DNA of 64,000 nt from Candidatus Omnitrophota bacterium (lineage in GTDB: Bacteria > Omnitrophota > Gorgyraeia > Zapsychrales > JANLHA01). The stretch is taken from assembly GCA_029560465.1 (NCBI GenBank), contig JAKQKX010000082.1, positions 4,947 through 68,946 on the forward strand. The letters are read 5' to 3'. Below the pieces are notes generated by a model. The model saw nothing but the letters and a program-made list of their open reading frames with translations, was not told the origin of the DNA and did not search any database. Of this stretch, positions 17,851 through 26,772 are shown piece after piece. The stretch's first letter is position 1. Each line of letters starts with the position of its first letter. Made by a program: the position numbers and the translations under genes.

Positions 17851-18469
17851 AATTTTTGTTTGTCTTTAATAATGTCCTAAGCGCTTTAAGGTCTTCGTAT
17901 TGGTCTATGTCACGCCATGGTTTTAACAAATACACTTTTTGATCAGCCTCCTTTGCTTTTCGCAGGCTTTCCGCAAGCACGCGTGATGTGCTCCATTGTA
18001 TTCCCAGGAAGATATTTCGCATAGATTTTTTTAGAGCCACCAGATAATATCCTCCGTCCCTTGCCGGGCCAAAAACTACATCATGCTTCGAAAGTTTTCT
18101 AAAGGCAGTCTCAATATACTCAGGAGGAAGATCGGGCGCATCGGATCCGACGATAACGGTTTTGGTGGATCCTTGATTCTTTGCGAACACAAACGCCGCA
18201 TAAAGTCTTTGTCCTAAAGAAGCACCTTTCTGCTTATAAAAAATGTAGTCTGCGGCAATCCTTTTCAAATAAACAGGATTCCCTTCAGAGTGATACGCCA
18301 TAATTTTATGGACGTTTTTATATTTGTTGATTAGCTCAACGGTGTCTTTAAGGAATGCCTTGTAAAGACCCACAGCTCTCTCTGGGGAAAGATCGTTGTT
18401 CAGGCGGGTTTTGACCTTGCCGCGTTGAGGCTCTTTAGCGAATACAATTATGAAACGTTTGTCTCTCAT
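17804..18469 (-). CDS. DUF2064 / TIGR04282-like glycosyltransferase-associated protein
   Basis: RFIIVFAKEP..GKVKTRL is followed by GSDAPDL and DGGYYL, as seen in DUF2064. I chose the start at MRDKRF, adjacent to the upstream gene's stop. Confidence 0.6.
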   Translation of the reverse strand: MRDKRFIIVFAKEPQRGKVKTRLNNDLSPERAVGLYKAFLKDTVELINKYKNVHKIMAYHSEGNPVYLKRIAADYIFYKQKGASLGQRLYAAFVFAKNQGSTKTVIVGSDAPDLPPEYIETAFRKLSKHDVVFGPARDGGYYLVALKKSMRNIFLGIQWSTSRVLAESLRKAKEADQKVYLLKPWRDIDQYEDLKALRTLLKTNKNFAQHTRRFLHGKCFK

Positions 18470-18470
18470 C

Positions 18471-19397
18471 TTAATTGTTTCTTGGCGGCCGGTAAGCAAC
18501 TGGATTTCCTGAGAAATGATAACCGTCCTCAAAGGCCTTACGCTCTAGCTTTTCCAACGCCTCGATGAAATTCTTTTTGCCGAGGTTGCTGTCCGGGACT
18601 GCGACGTCCGCGATTTTGTACCCGAATTGTTTGCGGTAATGGGCGTAGTGTTTGGTCATGACCGCCTGGATACGGTTTAACTGCGACGGCCGGCGGACCA
18701 GGTCAAGCGCCTGACGGCGCCAAGCGCTTATGAATGGCTGATCAATTTTTCCCGGAGCATTGGCCAAAGCCACCCCGATCGCGTTTGCTGTCGGAATATC
18801 GATTTCCTGGCAGATGAATTTCAGGGCATGCCAAATATCATACAATTCTTTTTTGACGTGAATCTCCTGCCGCCTCAGCCAGGCATAAGCATGTAACCGA
18901 CGGCGCCAGTCCCACCATTTCCAGGGGCTCTCGATATCAAGCGCTGGGATCAAGAAATAATCTTCCTTTAATAGCATGGCGCCAAAAACACCGGGAGGTT
19001 TGCCCAAGCGCTTATCTTTAAGGGTCGTACGATAGACACCGCATGTTGGACTGCCCTCCATAAAAGCAAAAGCCTCAACATCCGCCCTCTTGAGCGCGTC
19101 CAGGCAAACACGCACACCCTCTCGAATATTTTCCGAAACATCTCGCCCTCTTCGGTTTTTGACCTTGGCCGCGCCATTCCAATAATCATCTCCGTTGCCG
19201 CTGACCAAACGAACCGGGTCTCTGCCCACACCCAAACCGCTCATCACCTCCGGGCAAATCGGTGTCCAGATATAGTCGCTCTGGGCCCGGCCTAAAGCGC
19301 TCACGCGGTCCCACCCCTTGTGATCCCAACGGACCTTGGCGCCAAAATTACAGGCGCTGATCCCGATCCGAATTTTATCAGTTAGAATATACTTCAT
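18471..19397 (-). CDS. DUF523 + DUF1722 fusion protein
   Basis: The N-terminal IGISACNFG..VRWDHKG..CPEV pattern is typical of DUF523. The C-terminal half is helical and DUF1722-like. Confidence 0.5.
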   Translation of the reverse strand: MKYILTDKIRIGISACNFGAKVRWDHKGWDRVSALGRAQSDYIWTPICPEVMSGLGVGRDPVRLVSGNGDDYWNGAAKVKNRRGRDVSENIREGVRVCLDALKRADVEAFAFMEGSPTCGVYRTTLKDKRLGKPPGVFGAMLLKEDYFLIPALDIESPWKWWDWRRRLHAYAWLRRQEIHVKKELYDIWHALKFICQEIDIPTANAIGVALANAPGKIDQPFISAWRRQALDLVRRPSQLNRIQAVMTKHYAHYRKQFGYKIADVAVPDSNLGKKNFIEALEKLERKAFEDGYHFSGNPVAYRPPRNN

Positions 19398-19400
19398 GGA

Positions 19401-19589
19401 TTATTCCACTGCGATTTTGACTTTGACCTGATATTCAGCGAGCTTCCCGCCGCGCACTGAGCCTCGGTGTTCGACCACTTCAAAGAAATGAACGATGTGT
19501 CCGGCGCGAATAATTTCTTCAACGGCAGCTTTGACCGCTTCTGTGTAACCGTCCGGGGAGCCTCCGATAACTTCAAGCATCTTTAACAT
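19401..19589 (-). CDS. Dodecin-family flavin-binding protein
   Basis: 62 aa, MLKMLEVIGGSPDGYTEAVKAAVEEI...YQVKVKIAVE. A GGAGGGGGAAAAG sequence immediately upstream serves as the RBS. Confidence 0.6.
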   Translation of the reverse strand: MLKMLEVIGGSPDGYTEAVKAAVEEIIRAGHIVHFFEVVEHRGSVRGGKLAEYQVKVKIAVE

Positions 19590-19621
19590 CTTTTCCCCCT
19601 CCTTCAAAAATAAAACAAAAA

Positions 19622-20050
19622 TTAATTTAAGAAAATTAATACGCAGTTTAGAATCACAGCGAAACTTACCCACAGAATATACGGAACGAGTAATGCTGCG
19701 GCCCATTTTGATAACGGAAAAAATTCAATAATCGTCCAGATGATGGCTGAGCAAAGTATCGCTATTATCACAAAACCCCCGATGATAGAATGAGCGCCAA
19801 AAAAGATGACGGACCACAGGCTGTTCAGCACTCATTGAACAATAAATACGCCGAGAGCTTTTTTTACCCCTGGGGCATGAAGTCCTTTTGTCTAAACAAG
19901 AAACAGGTCAACACCCATAGACGTGTAAAGAATTATCCACACCGGAGCGAAAACCCAATTGGGCGGGTTAAAGCCGGTTTGTTAATAAACGCATACCATT
20001 CCGGGATTGCTGGACGAAAGCACTCCCCTCTGTCAAAATCAAACTATAAA
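19622..20050 (-). pseudogene. TspO/MBR tryptophan-rich sensory protein, disrupted by at least two frameshifts
   Basis: TspO segments (EWYAFINKPALTRP / PNWVFAPVWIILYTSMGV / LNSLWSVIFF...LLVPYILWVSFAVILN) lie in three different minus-strand frames. The upper boundary is approximate. Confidence 0.65.
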
Positions 20051-20126
20051 TGATCCGGTTTCTGGGGAATATTATACTCCTTTGCTGATTATTTCAACAA
20101 GGGGGTATAGACTTATTCGTGATTCT

Positions 20127-20606
20127 TTAGGACATATCTGTTAATAGGGATTCTAAATCCTCCTCGTGTTCAACTTCATCTTTTAGTATTTCTAAAATAA
20201 CATGGTAGGTGATAGGGTCTTTATCCTTCACAAACTCAAGTAGTTTTTTATATGTTTCAATCGCACATTGTTCGCCGTTAATATTTTGTTTTAACAACGC
20301 TTTTGTGCTTGGGTCGCTGGGCTCCGCGTACCCGCAATTCGTTTCTTTTAATAGATCTTCTGGCTTTAATAGCGGAGTTCCACCCAATGTTATAATCCTT
20401 TCCGCAAGCATCTGAGCGTGTTTCAATTCTTCGTTGGCGTGTTCTTCCAGCTCTCCAGCCACAATCCCCCGCATCCTGCCAGAGGCGACTTTAGCCCCCA
20501 CCCAATACTGATAATAGGCGAGCCACTCATCAGCATAAGCTTTGTTGAGCACGGTCACTAATTCTTCAACATTCACACCTACAATCGCTTTCCCTTTTGT
20601 GCCCAT
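20127..20606 (-). CDS. Ferritin-like diiron protein (bacterioferritin/Dps/rubrerythrin superfamily)
   Basis: Helical, with the motif ELEEHANEELKHAQ and a later EVEHEEDLE segment, which are ferritin-like metal ligands. A GGAGG RBS precedes MGTKGK. Confidence 0.55.
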   Translation of the reverse strand: MGTKGKAIVGVNVEELVTVLNKAYADEWLAYYQYWVGAKVASGRMRGIVAGELEEHANEELKHAQMLAERIITLGGTPLLKPEDLLKETNCGYAEPSDPSTKALLKQNINGEQCAIETYKKLLEFVKDKDPITYHVILEILKDEVEHEEDLESLLTDMS

Positions 20607-20646
20607 AATCTTTTCTCCTTCCACTGGGATCAATATTATTGATACC

Positions 20647-21339
20647 CTATTTTAATTTAAGTGTTTTAAAACAGATAAACCAATCCAGACATTTAATCCC
20701 TTCTTTTTGAGCGCCTTCAACCCGCTCTTTTGCGGTTCCGCAGCTTCCCGGAGGAGGGACAATCACATCTTCCCCTGGCTGCCAATCGGCGGGAGTAGCG
20801 ACATTATGGGTATCCACCGTCTGCATGGATATGAGCAATCGTTTGATTTCCTGAAAATTACGGCCGGTTGATAATGGATAATACATAAGCGCCCTTACTT
20901 TAGCCTTTGGATCAATAAAGAACACGGCTCTTACAGCACTCACGTTGCTCTCGCAGGGTTGAATCATACCAAACTTCTTCGCGACATCCATTGTGAGATC
21001 CGCAATCACCGGGAAATTTACTTCAACATTTTTCATGCCTTTGTATTCAATTTTTTCTTTAATAGTCCTCAGCCACGCGATATGACTGTAATGACTGTCT
21101 ATGGAAAGGCCAATCAGTTTACAATTCAACGCCGCAAACTCTTTTTCCATAGAAGCAAATGTTATGAATTCAGTCGTACATACGGGTGTAAAATCAGCCG
21201 GATGGCTGAATAAAATAACCCACTTGCCCTCATAGTCTTCAGGAAATTTAATATGCCCTTGTGTCGTATCTGCCTCAAATGACGGGGCAACATCCCCTAT
21301 CACCGGCATGTGTGTTTTCTCGCAGCAATTTTGTTCCAT
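20647..21339 (-). CDS. Peroxiredoxin (1-Cys/Prx6-like)
   Basis: FTPVCTTE is the peroxidatic-Cys motif. An AAGGAGG RBS is present. Confidence 0.8.
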   Translation of the reverse strand: MEQNCCEKTHMPVIGDVAPSFEADTTQGHIKFPEDYEGKWVILFSHPADFTPVCTTEFITFASMEKEFAALNCKLIGLSIDSHYSHIAWLRTIKEKIEYKGMKNVEVNFPVIADLTMDVAKKFGMIQPCESNVSAVRAVFFIDPKAKVRALMYYPLSTGRNFQEIKRLLISMQTVDTHNVATPADWQPGEDVIVPPPGSCGTAKERVEGAQKEGIKCLDWFICFKTLKLK

Positions 21340-21577
21340 TTTGTTTTCCTCCTTTTTGAATTTTTGATTACCTTTATTGATTTCTGTTGGCAGACCGGGT
21401 TATAAACGCTAAATGAAAAACCGCCCATAAGCGTTTGGGGAATGATTCATGCTCCATTCCCGGCAAATTCAGCAGAGTTCTCTCCCAACCTCACTAAAGA
21501 ACGTACGGATAATTATATTTAATTTTTACCTAGGTGTATGTCCTTTTTGAGGTCTTTGATTGCGGCTTTATACTAAA

Positions 21578-21592
21578 TAGTAATCATTACTA
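21578..21592. promoter_or_regulatory. Fur/PerR-box-like 7-1-7 palindrome TAGTAATCATTACTA
   Basis: The inverted repeat is near-perfect. It lies between the perR-like gene and the prx-ferritin operon, upstream of prx. Confidence 0.45.
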
Positions 21593-21611
21593 ATATAGGG
21601 ATAAAAAAATA

Positions 21612-22052
21612 TTACTTGTCTTTACATTTAGAACAAATTCCTTCTAATACCACTCTTTTACTGGTAACTGTTCCATGTTTCTGCACTTCATCAGGCACCG
21701 AAATATCATTATAAGAGTCGTTTTCAAAATCAAAAATTGTGTGGCATTTAATACATCTGAAATGGTGGTGTTGATGTAGATTTGGTTCGAAACGTTTTTG
21801 TTCACCATAACCTTCCACAAGACCAATAATACCGATTTCAGTAAATGAAAGAAGCGTTCGATAAACTGTATCAAAAGAGATATTCGTTAAGTTTTTACGT
21901 GTTCTTTTGTATAGGGCATCAGCAGTAGGATGGTCTTTGGCTTTAATGAGCTCCTCATAGATTACCTTCCTTTGAGGAGTAATCTTTAAACCATGCTCAG
22001 CGCATTTATCATAAAACAATTGTGTTAAATTTTGTTTTTCTTCTAAGTTCAT
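21612..22052 (-). CDS. Fur-family transcriptional regulator (PerR-like)
   Basis: A helix-turn-helix N-terminus is followed by HHHF.C..C and CxxC metal sites. It sits adjacent to the peroxiredoxin gene. Confidence 0.75.
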   Translation of the reverse strand: MNLEEKQNLTQLFYDKCAEHGLKITPQRKVIYEELIKAKDHPTADALYKRTRKNLTNISFDTVYRTLLSFTEIGIIGLVEGYGEQKRFEPNLHQHHHFRCIKCHTIFDFENDSYNDISVPDEVQKHGTVTSKRVVLEGICSKCKDK

Positions 22053-22289
22053 CCTGTTACTATATCGTAATGGTTCTTATTTGTCAATGACTATTTAAGC
22101 CTGTTGGCGTTTATTATCCTTTATACCAAACTATTTTAAAAAAGCGCTTGTGATTCTAATACATCTTCGAGCAACCTTGCCGGGAGGTTCGGGTTTTCCC
22201 CAAGAAAAGCCCTAACGGCCCAAGCGGATGCTTGGGGATGGATAAAAAGCATTTTCTTAAAAATGTGGCACGGCAATTAAGAGATAATT

Positions 22290-23756
22290 TTAAATATGCT
22301 TTTCGCCTTTCACTGCGCCTGCTTCCCATTTCCCAACCCCGGCCATGACATCTTTAAAACACAATTTTGCTAACTCATCAAAATTGCTTTCAAGGATGCG
22401 CTGAATACGCCCCGGCTTTGAATAGAATTCCCGCATACCCCAAGCACCAAGCCTCCCAAGATCTTCAATGCTTAAATGTTCGGTTGGAACCACGGGATGA
22501 AGAAAATCCCACTTCAACATGTCTAAATTTTCTGGATCAATCCACCCCCGTTTTATACCATCCGCCCAAATAGGCGATCCTGGAGGCGGAGTAAGATAGC
22601 CTACCCACATAACATCCGGATCAACTTGATCGGCAAATTCAAAACGCTTTTTAATGATCGCTTCAGTGTCATAATCGAACCCGATCATGATGTCTCCAAC
22701 AATGGCGATGTCATTCCTTCGTAGGATCTCGATGGTTTTAAATATTTGGTCAACCGTGATCCCTTTATCAAGTTTGCGCAACTCGTCATCGCTGGCCACT
22801 TCAATCCCAAAGACAGCCATAAATAAACCTGCCTTTTTCATCAAAGGAATGTCTTTTTCCATTCTTACCCAGTCACTTGCACACCCTAAGCTTACCCATT
22901 TCATCTGAAGATTACGCTTTATTTTCTCTTCACAAAATTCCCTCACGCGTTTTCCATTAAGATTAAAGTTGTCTTCTTGGATCACCACAACCTTGGTCCC
23001 AAATTTCTTTTCCAGCAGTTCAATCTCATCGATAACCTTTAAGGCCGACTTAAAGCGCCAAAGTTTAAAATGGTTAAGCGCCCGGGGATCATGCTCGCTC
23101 CATTCATAACAAAAAGTACAGCCGTGCGTGCATCCGCGGGAAGTTACGATTTCCGCAAACGGTTTCCAATAAGTATGCCCGACATATTTATCCATCGGGA
23201 AAAGATCATAGGCAGGCAAAGGAAGGATGTCTAAATTCTTAATAAGATCACGAATCGGGCCGAAAACAACCGAACCGTTATGCCGCGAGGATAACCCGGG
23301 GATATCGCTAAAATCTGTTTTCCCTTTGTTTAATGCTTCCATTAAATCATTAAAGGTAATTTCACCTTCACCCATAACAACAAAATCAATGGCGGAATCC
23401 TTTTGCAGTGTTTCCTTGCCGAAGAATGAATACCACAATCCGCCAACAACAATTTTTGTCTTGGGAAGAATTTTCTTTACGGCTTGGGCCGTATCATTAA
23501 AATATTTCTGAACGGCGAATCCTCCATAGGAATGCAAAACATCACCTAACACAACCACTTCAGGATTTTTCGCTTTGACCTGCTCAAGCATAGCGTCAAA
23601 GGGGATATTGAGCGCCTTGCAATCCAAAACTTCCGGTTGAATTGTCCCTTTTTCTCGGGCATACGCTGCCCAACTGGCATGCATTTGATTAGGTGCCACA
23701 TGATGGCCATGTGTTGCCCAAGAGCCTAATTGTGGTGTCAAAAAAAGTGTTTTCAT
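22290..23756 (-). CDS. Cobalamin-binding (class B) radical SAM protein
   Basis: A B12-binding-like N-domain is followed by CTHGCTFC. Confidence 0.7.
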   Translation of the reverse strand: MKTLFLTPQLGSWATHGHHVAPNQMHASWAAYAREKGTIQPEVLDCKALNIPFDAMLEQVKAKNPEVVVLGDVLHSYGGFAVQKYFNDTAQAVKKILPKTKIVVGGLWYSFFGKETLQKDSAIDFVVMGEGEITFNDLMEALNKGKTDFSDIPGLSSRHNGSVVFGPIRDLIKNLDILPLPAYDLFPMDKYVGHTYWKPFAEIVTSRGCTHGCTFCYEWSEHDPRALNHFKLWRFKSALKVIDEIELLEKKFGTKVVVIQEDNFNLNGKRVREFCEEKIKRNLQMKWVSLGCASDWVRMEKDIPLMKKAGLFMAVFGIEVASDDELRKLDKGITVDQIFKTIEILRRNDIAIVGDIMIGFDYDTEAIIKKRFEFADQVDPDVMWVGYLTPPPGSPIWADGIKRGWIDPENLDMLKWDFLHPVVPTEHLSIEDLGRLGAWGMREFYSKPGRIQRILESNFDELAKLCFKDVMAGVGKWEAGAVKGEKHI

Positions 23757-23765
23757 GTCTCTCTC

Positions 23766-24347
23766 CTATTTTAATATTCCTTTTGACCAAATATCCATAA
23801 CGGTTTCCAGCGCCTGCTGAAAACTTACTCCCTCCTGCTGTAAAACCTCAGGGTCAATAATATTATTGACCGCGCCCAAATACGCTCTTACTGCTAATGC
23901 CGGATTAACATCACGGAATTTTCTTTTTTTAATGCCGGCACCAACAAGTTTTTCTAAATCCATGACTTTCCCCGCGCGAAAATCAACAAACTCCTGCCAT
24001 AATTCCGGCAGTTCAATCTGAATATCTTTTAAGAAATGTTCAAACCATGGTGTTAATTCCTGTTGCAAAAAAAGGATATTAAGTGAAATAATCTTTAACG
24101 GATCTTTCTCTGTCTTCTCGATTTTAAGCTGATAATCATTGATCTTATTTTTTATTCTCACGACCAAGCCCTTGGCGATATCTATTTTGCTTGGGAAATG
24201 CAGGTAAATTGTGTTTTTACTCATTCGAAGATCACCGGCGATTTCATCCATGGTAACCTTGTGATACCCAAAACGGACCATGCGGGCTTGTGAGGCATTT
24301 AAGATTTTATCAATAACGGGATTAGGCGGTTTCATCATAAATTTCAA
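23766..24347 (-). CDS. TetR-family transcriptional regulator
   Basis: HKVTMDEIAGDLRMSKNTIYLHFPSK is a TetR HTH. Confidence 0.75.
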   Translation of the reverse strand: MKFMMKPPNPVIDKILNASQARMVRFGYHKVTMDEIAGDLRMSKNTIYLHFPSKIDIAKGLVVRIKNKINDYQLKIEKTEKDPLKIISLNILFLQQELTPWFEHFLKDIQIELPELWQEFVDFRAGKVMDLEKLVGAGIKKRKFRDVNPALAVRAYLGAVNNIIDPEVLQQEGVSFQQALETVMDIWSKGILK

Positions 24348-24511
24348 TAATACTTGATCAGTATTTATAGTATCTTAACAAAAGAAACCTCGCTGTCAAC
24401 AAAAAAGCCCCTGAGCAAACGTGGGGCTTTCCCGAGAAAATTATTCTGTTAAACGATTTACTTGTCGTTAATTTTTTGTCCCCAGCGGATCTTCCTTCTT
24501 TTTTAATTTGC

Positions 24512-25054
24512 TTATTTAAAGAATAGCCGGAATTTATTTGTTAAGCTTTGCAAATAGCCTTTTTGAAATTCTATAAAATACGCTTTGCTCCAAAATACCG
24601 GATGATGAGTCGCTACGATCACCTGACAACCCGTTTTAACAAGAGCATTAAGACCTTTTCGAATTTTCATTACTCCCTCAAGGTCATGTCCGTTTTCCGG
24701 CTCATCAAGAATAAAACAATCCCCCTTTTGAGGATGATACAATCGTAATACATCCCGCATCGTTTCCCCATGCGATGAAAACAAGGCACGCGTTCGGATA
24801 ACGGTACCCCGCAATCCCTTGAAATATTTATAAGCCCGATGCGGATTCATGATCTCCCCGTTAAAATAATGGTAGACAGGCTTCGGATGTCCTTTCCTCT
24901 CGCAGTCCCGGCATTTATAAATTGCCTGCAACAAGGAACTTTTGCCGGAACCGTTAGGCCCGACAATCACATTATATCCGGGCTTAAAATGAATTATTTC
25001 TCGCCCGCTTATTCTGCCTGTATGTCGAAAACATAAGCGTATTTCCTGCAGCAT
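24512..25054 (-). CDS. Minimal ABC-like P-loop ATPase (180 aa)
   Basis: Walker A is GPNGSGKS and Walker B is CFILDEPENGHD. The signature is degenerate (SSHGE). Confidence 0.55.
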   Translation of the reverse strand: MLQEIRLCFRHTGRISGREIIHFKPGYNVIVGPNGSGKSSLLQAIYKCRDCERKGHPKPVYHYFNGEIMNPHRAYKYFKGLRGTVIRTRALFSSHGETMRDVLRLYHPQKGDCFILDEPENGHDLEGVMKIRKGLNALVKTGCQVIVATHHPVFWSKAYFIEFQKGYLQSLTNKFRLFFK

Positions 25055-25072
25055 GTGGCTGAACCTTTCATT

Positions 25073-26734
25073 TTATAAGGACAATCCGATAAGCCCCGGA
25101 TTAACCAAAAGAATGATCCCTAACAAAATCATGATAATACCGCCGATGAATTTGATAACCTCCATCTGCCTTTGATTGATTTGTTTTGCCCGGAAAGTAT
25201 AAATAAAGATAAAGGTGATCACCAAAAGCGGAATCACATAAATGATATTATAATACGCTAAATACAAATAATAAGAAACCGTCTTTTCCAACCCTTTCCC
25301 CGACAGGATGCTCGTATAAATAAGGGGGAAACCTGCTGTGCATGGCAATTCAACCAAAGACGAAAGAGTGGCCAGGCCGATGGATGACGCCAACAGCATA
25401 GGAAAAGAGCCTTTTTGAATGACCTCTTTCATGGCCTGAATTTTCCTCATCAACGGGCCTTTATGTTGTTCTTGAATAGTCAGAGAAATCCCTTGTTTAA
25501 AAAAGAACAGCTCTTTGCAATTGATAAAGCCGGCCACTAACGCGATGAGGGCGATCCCGATTCTTAGCGGCGAAACAAACCCTATATATTGAAAAACATT
25601 CAGCCATGCCGCCATAAAAAGAAAATAAAAAATAAAGCACATCCCGACAAAACTAATCCCTACGACATAAAGACGCATCCGCGCCTGAGAGGTTGATATT
25701 AAAAGCGTTAGCAAGCAGGTCAGCACGAACATATTGCACGGATTAAAACTATCAGCCGCAGCAATCAATAAAGTAAAGATAGGTAACGGCAAGCGGTAGC
25801 CTGCGGATTCCAAAAAATTCGGTGAAATATTCTTGGCAAAAAAGAAAAACGAGGCTATCGCCAAGAACGAAATCGATGCAATAACAATATCTCTCATCCG
25901 GGACCGCAGTTCAAATTTTACAGGCATCCCCTTTTTTACTTTCCGGATACTGACTTTGAAGAAGGATAACGCGAGAAGCAGAACAGTCAGGGAAATTAAT
26001 AATCCCAAGAAACCATATTCAACAGACCTGCTTTCTTTCGGTTTTAATACCGCAGGCGAGCCGTTCCATTGTAAGCGCCAACCCCCAACCATAACGGCAT
26101 GTTGAAAAATAATTTTATCCTGTGAAATTTCAAACGAAATGGGCTTTACTTTAGTAAAATTAACGTCCTGTAAAGCCTCGGAGATATCTTCCGCCATAAT
26201 CAATTTTTTTAACGTTTTATCATCGCCGTTTTCGCCCTTAATAAACACCCGGTTTTTTGTCCATATATTCACGTGTCCCGGCAATTTCGTAATATCTAAT
26301 TCATTAAAACTGACGGATGTGCCGTCTTCTTTGGGGAAATCGTTGGAGTTAATGCTCAGAATTTCTTCACTGGCTTTTAAGACGTTGAACCGCCCTATGA
26401 AAGTTTTATTTTTATTAATTATAAAAAATGGCACACCGACTCTTCCGGCGGGCAAATAATTCCTAAAATAAGCATCTGTAGTCTTTTGATTGGCTTTCTG
26501 TGAACGATAAATCTCATATTCAAAGATGACTAAATTCGGATTAGCTGTCACTGCGTTTACAAACAACGCAGGATCAGTTATGGCGCAATTACCGCAACCG
26601 ATGCCCGTTATATATACAGCACAGGCAACCTTTTTATTAAGAGCCGTTTCCGCCGATGCCAAGCCTCCGGCAATAAGTACACCTAAAAAAATCCATAAAT
26701 TTATTTTATGGCAAATGGAAAAGGACATTTTCAT
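25073..26734 (-). CDS. Fused thioredoxin-like domain + DsbD/CcdA-type thiol-disulfide transporter membrane domain
   Basis: After a signal/TM segment, GIGCGNC provides a CxxC. The membrane half carries NPCNMF and ELPCTAGFP cysteines, as in CcdA/DsbD. Confidence 0.55.
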   Translation of the reverse strand: MKMSFSICHKINLWIFLGVLIAGGLASAETALNKKVACAVYITGIGCGNCAITDPALFVNAVTANPNLVIFEYEIYRSQKANQKTTDAYFRNYLPAGRVGVPFFIINKNKTFIGRFNVLKASEEILSINSNDFPKEDGTSVSFNELDITKLPGHVNIWTKNRVFIKGENGDDKTLKKLIMAEDISEALQDVNFTKVKPISFEISQDKIIFQHAVMVGGWRLQWNGSPAVLKPKESRSVEYGFLGLLISLTVLLLALSFFKVSIRKVKKGMPVKFELRSRMRDIVIASISFLAIASFFFFAKNISPNFLESAGYRLPLPIFTLLIAAADSFNPCNMFVLTCLLTLLISTSQARMRLYVVGISFVGMCFIFYFLFMAAWLNVFQYIGFVSPLRIGIALIALVAGFINCKELFFFKQGISLTIQEQHKGPLMRKIQAMKEVIQKGSFPMLLASSIGLATLSSLVELPCTAGFPLIYTSILSGKGLEKTVSYYLYLAYYNIIYVIPLLVITFIFIYTFRAKQINQRQMEVIKFIGGIIMILLGIILLVNPGLIGLSL

Positions 26735-26772
26735 AATACCTTTACGCTCCTTTCTCTAAAAACTAAACAATT

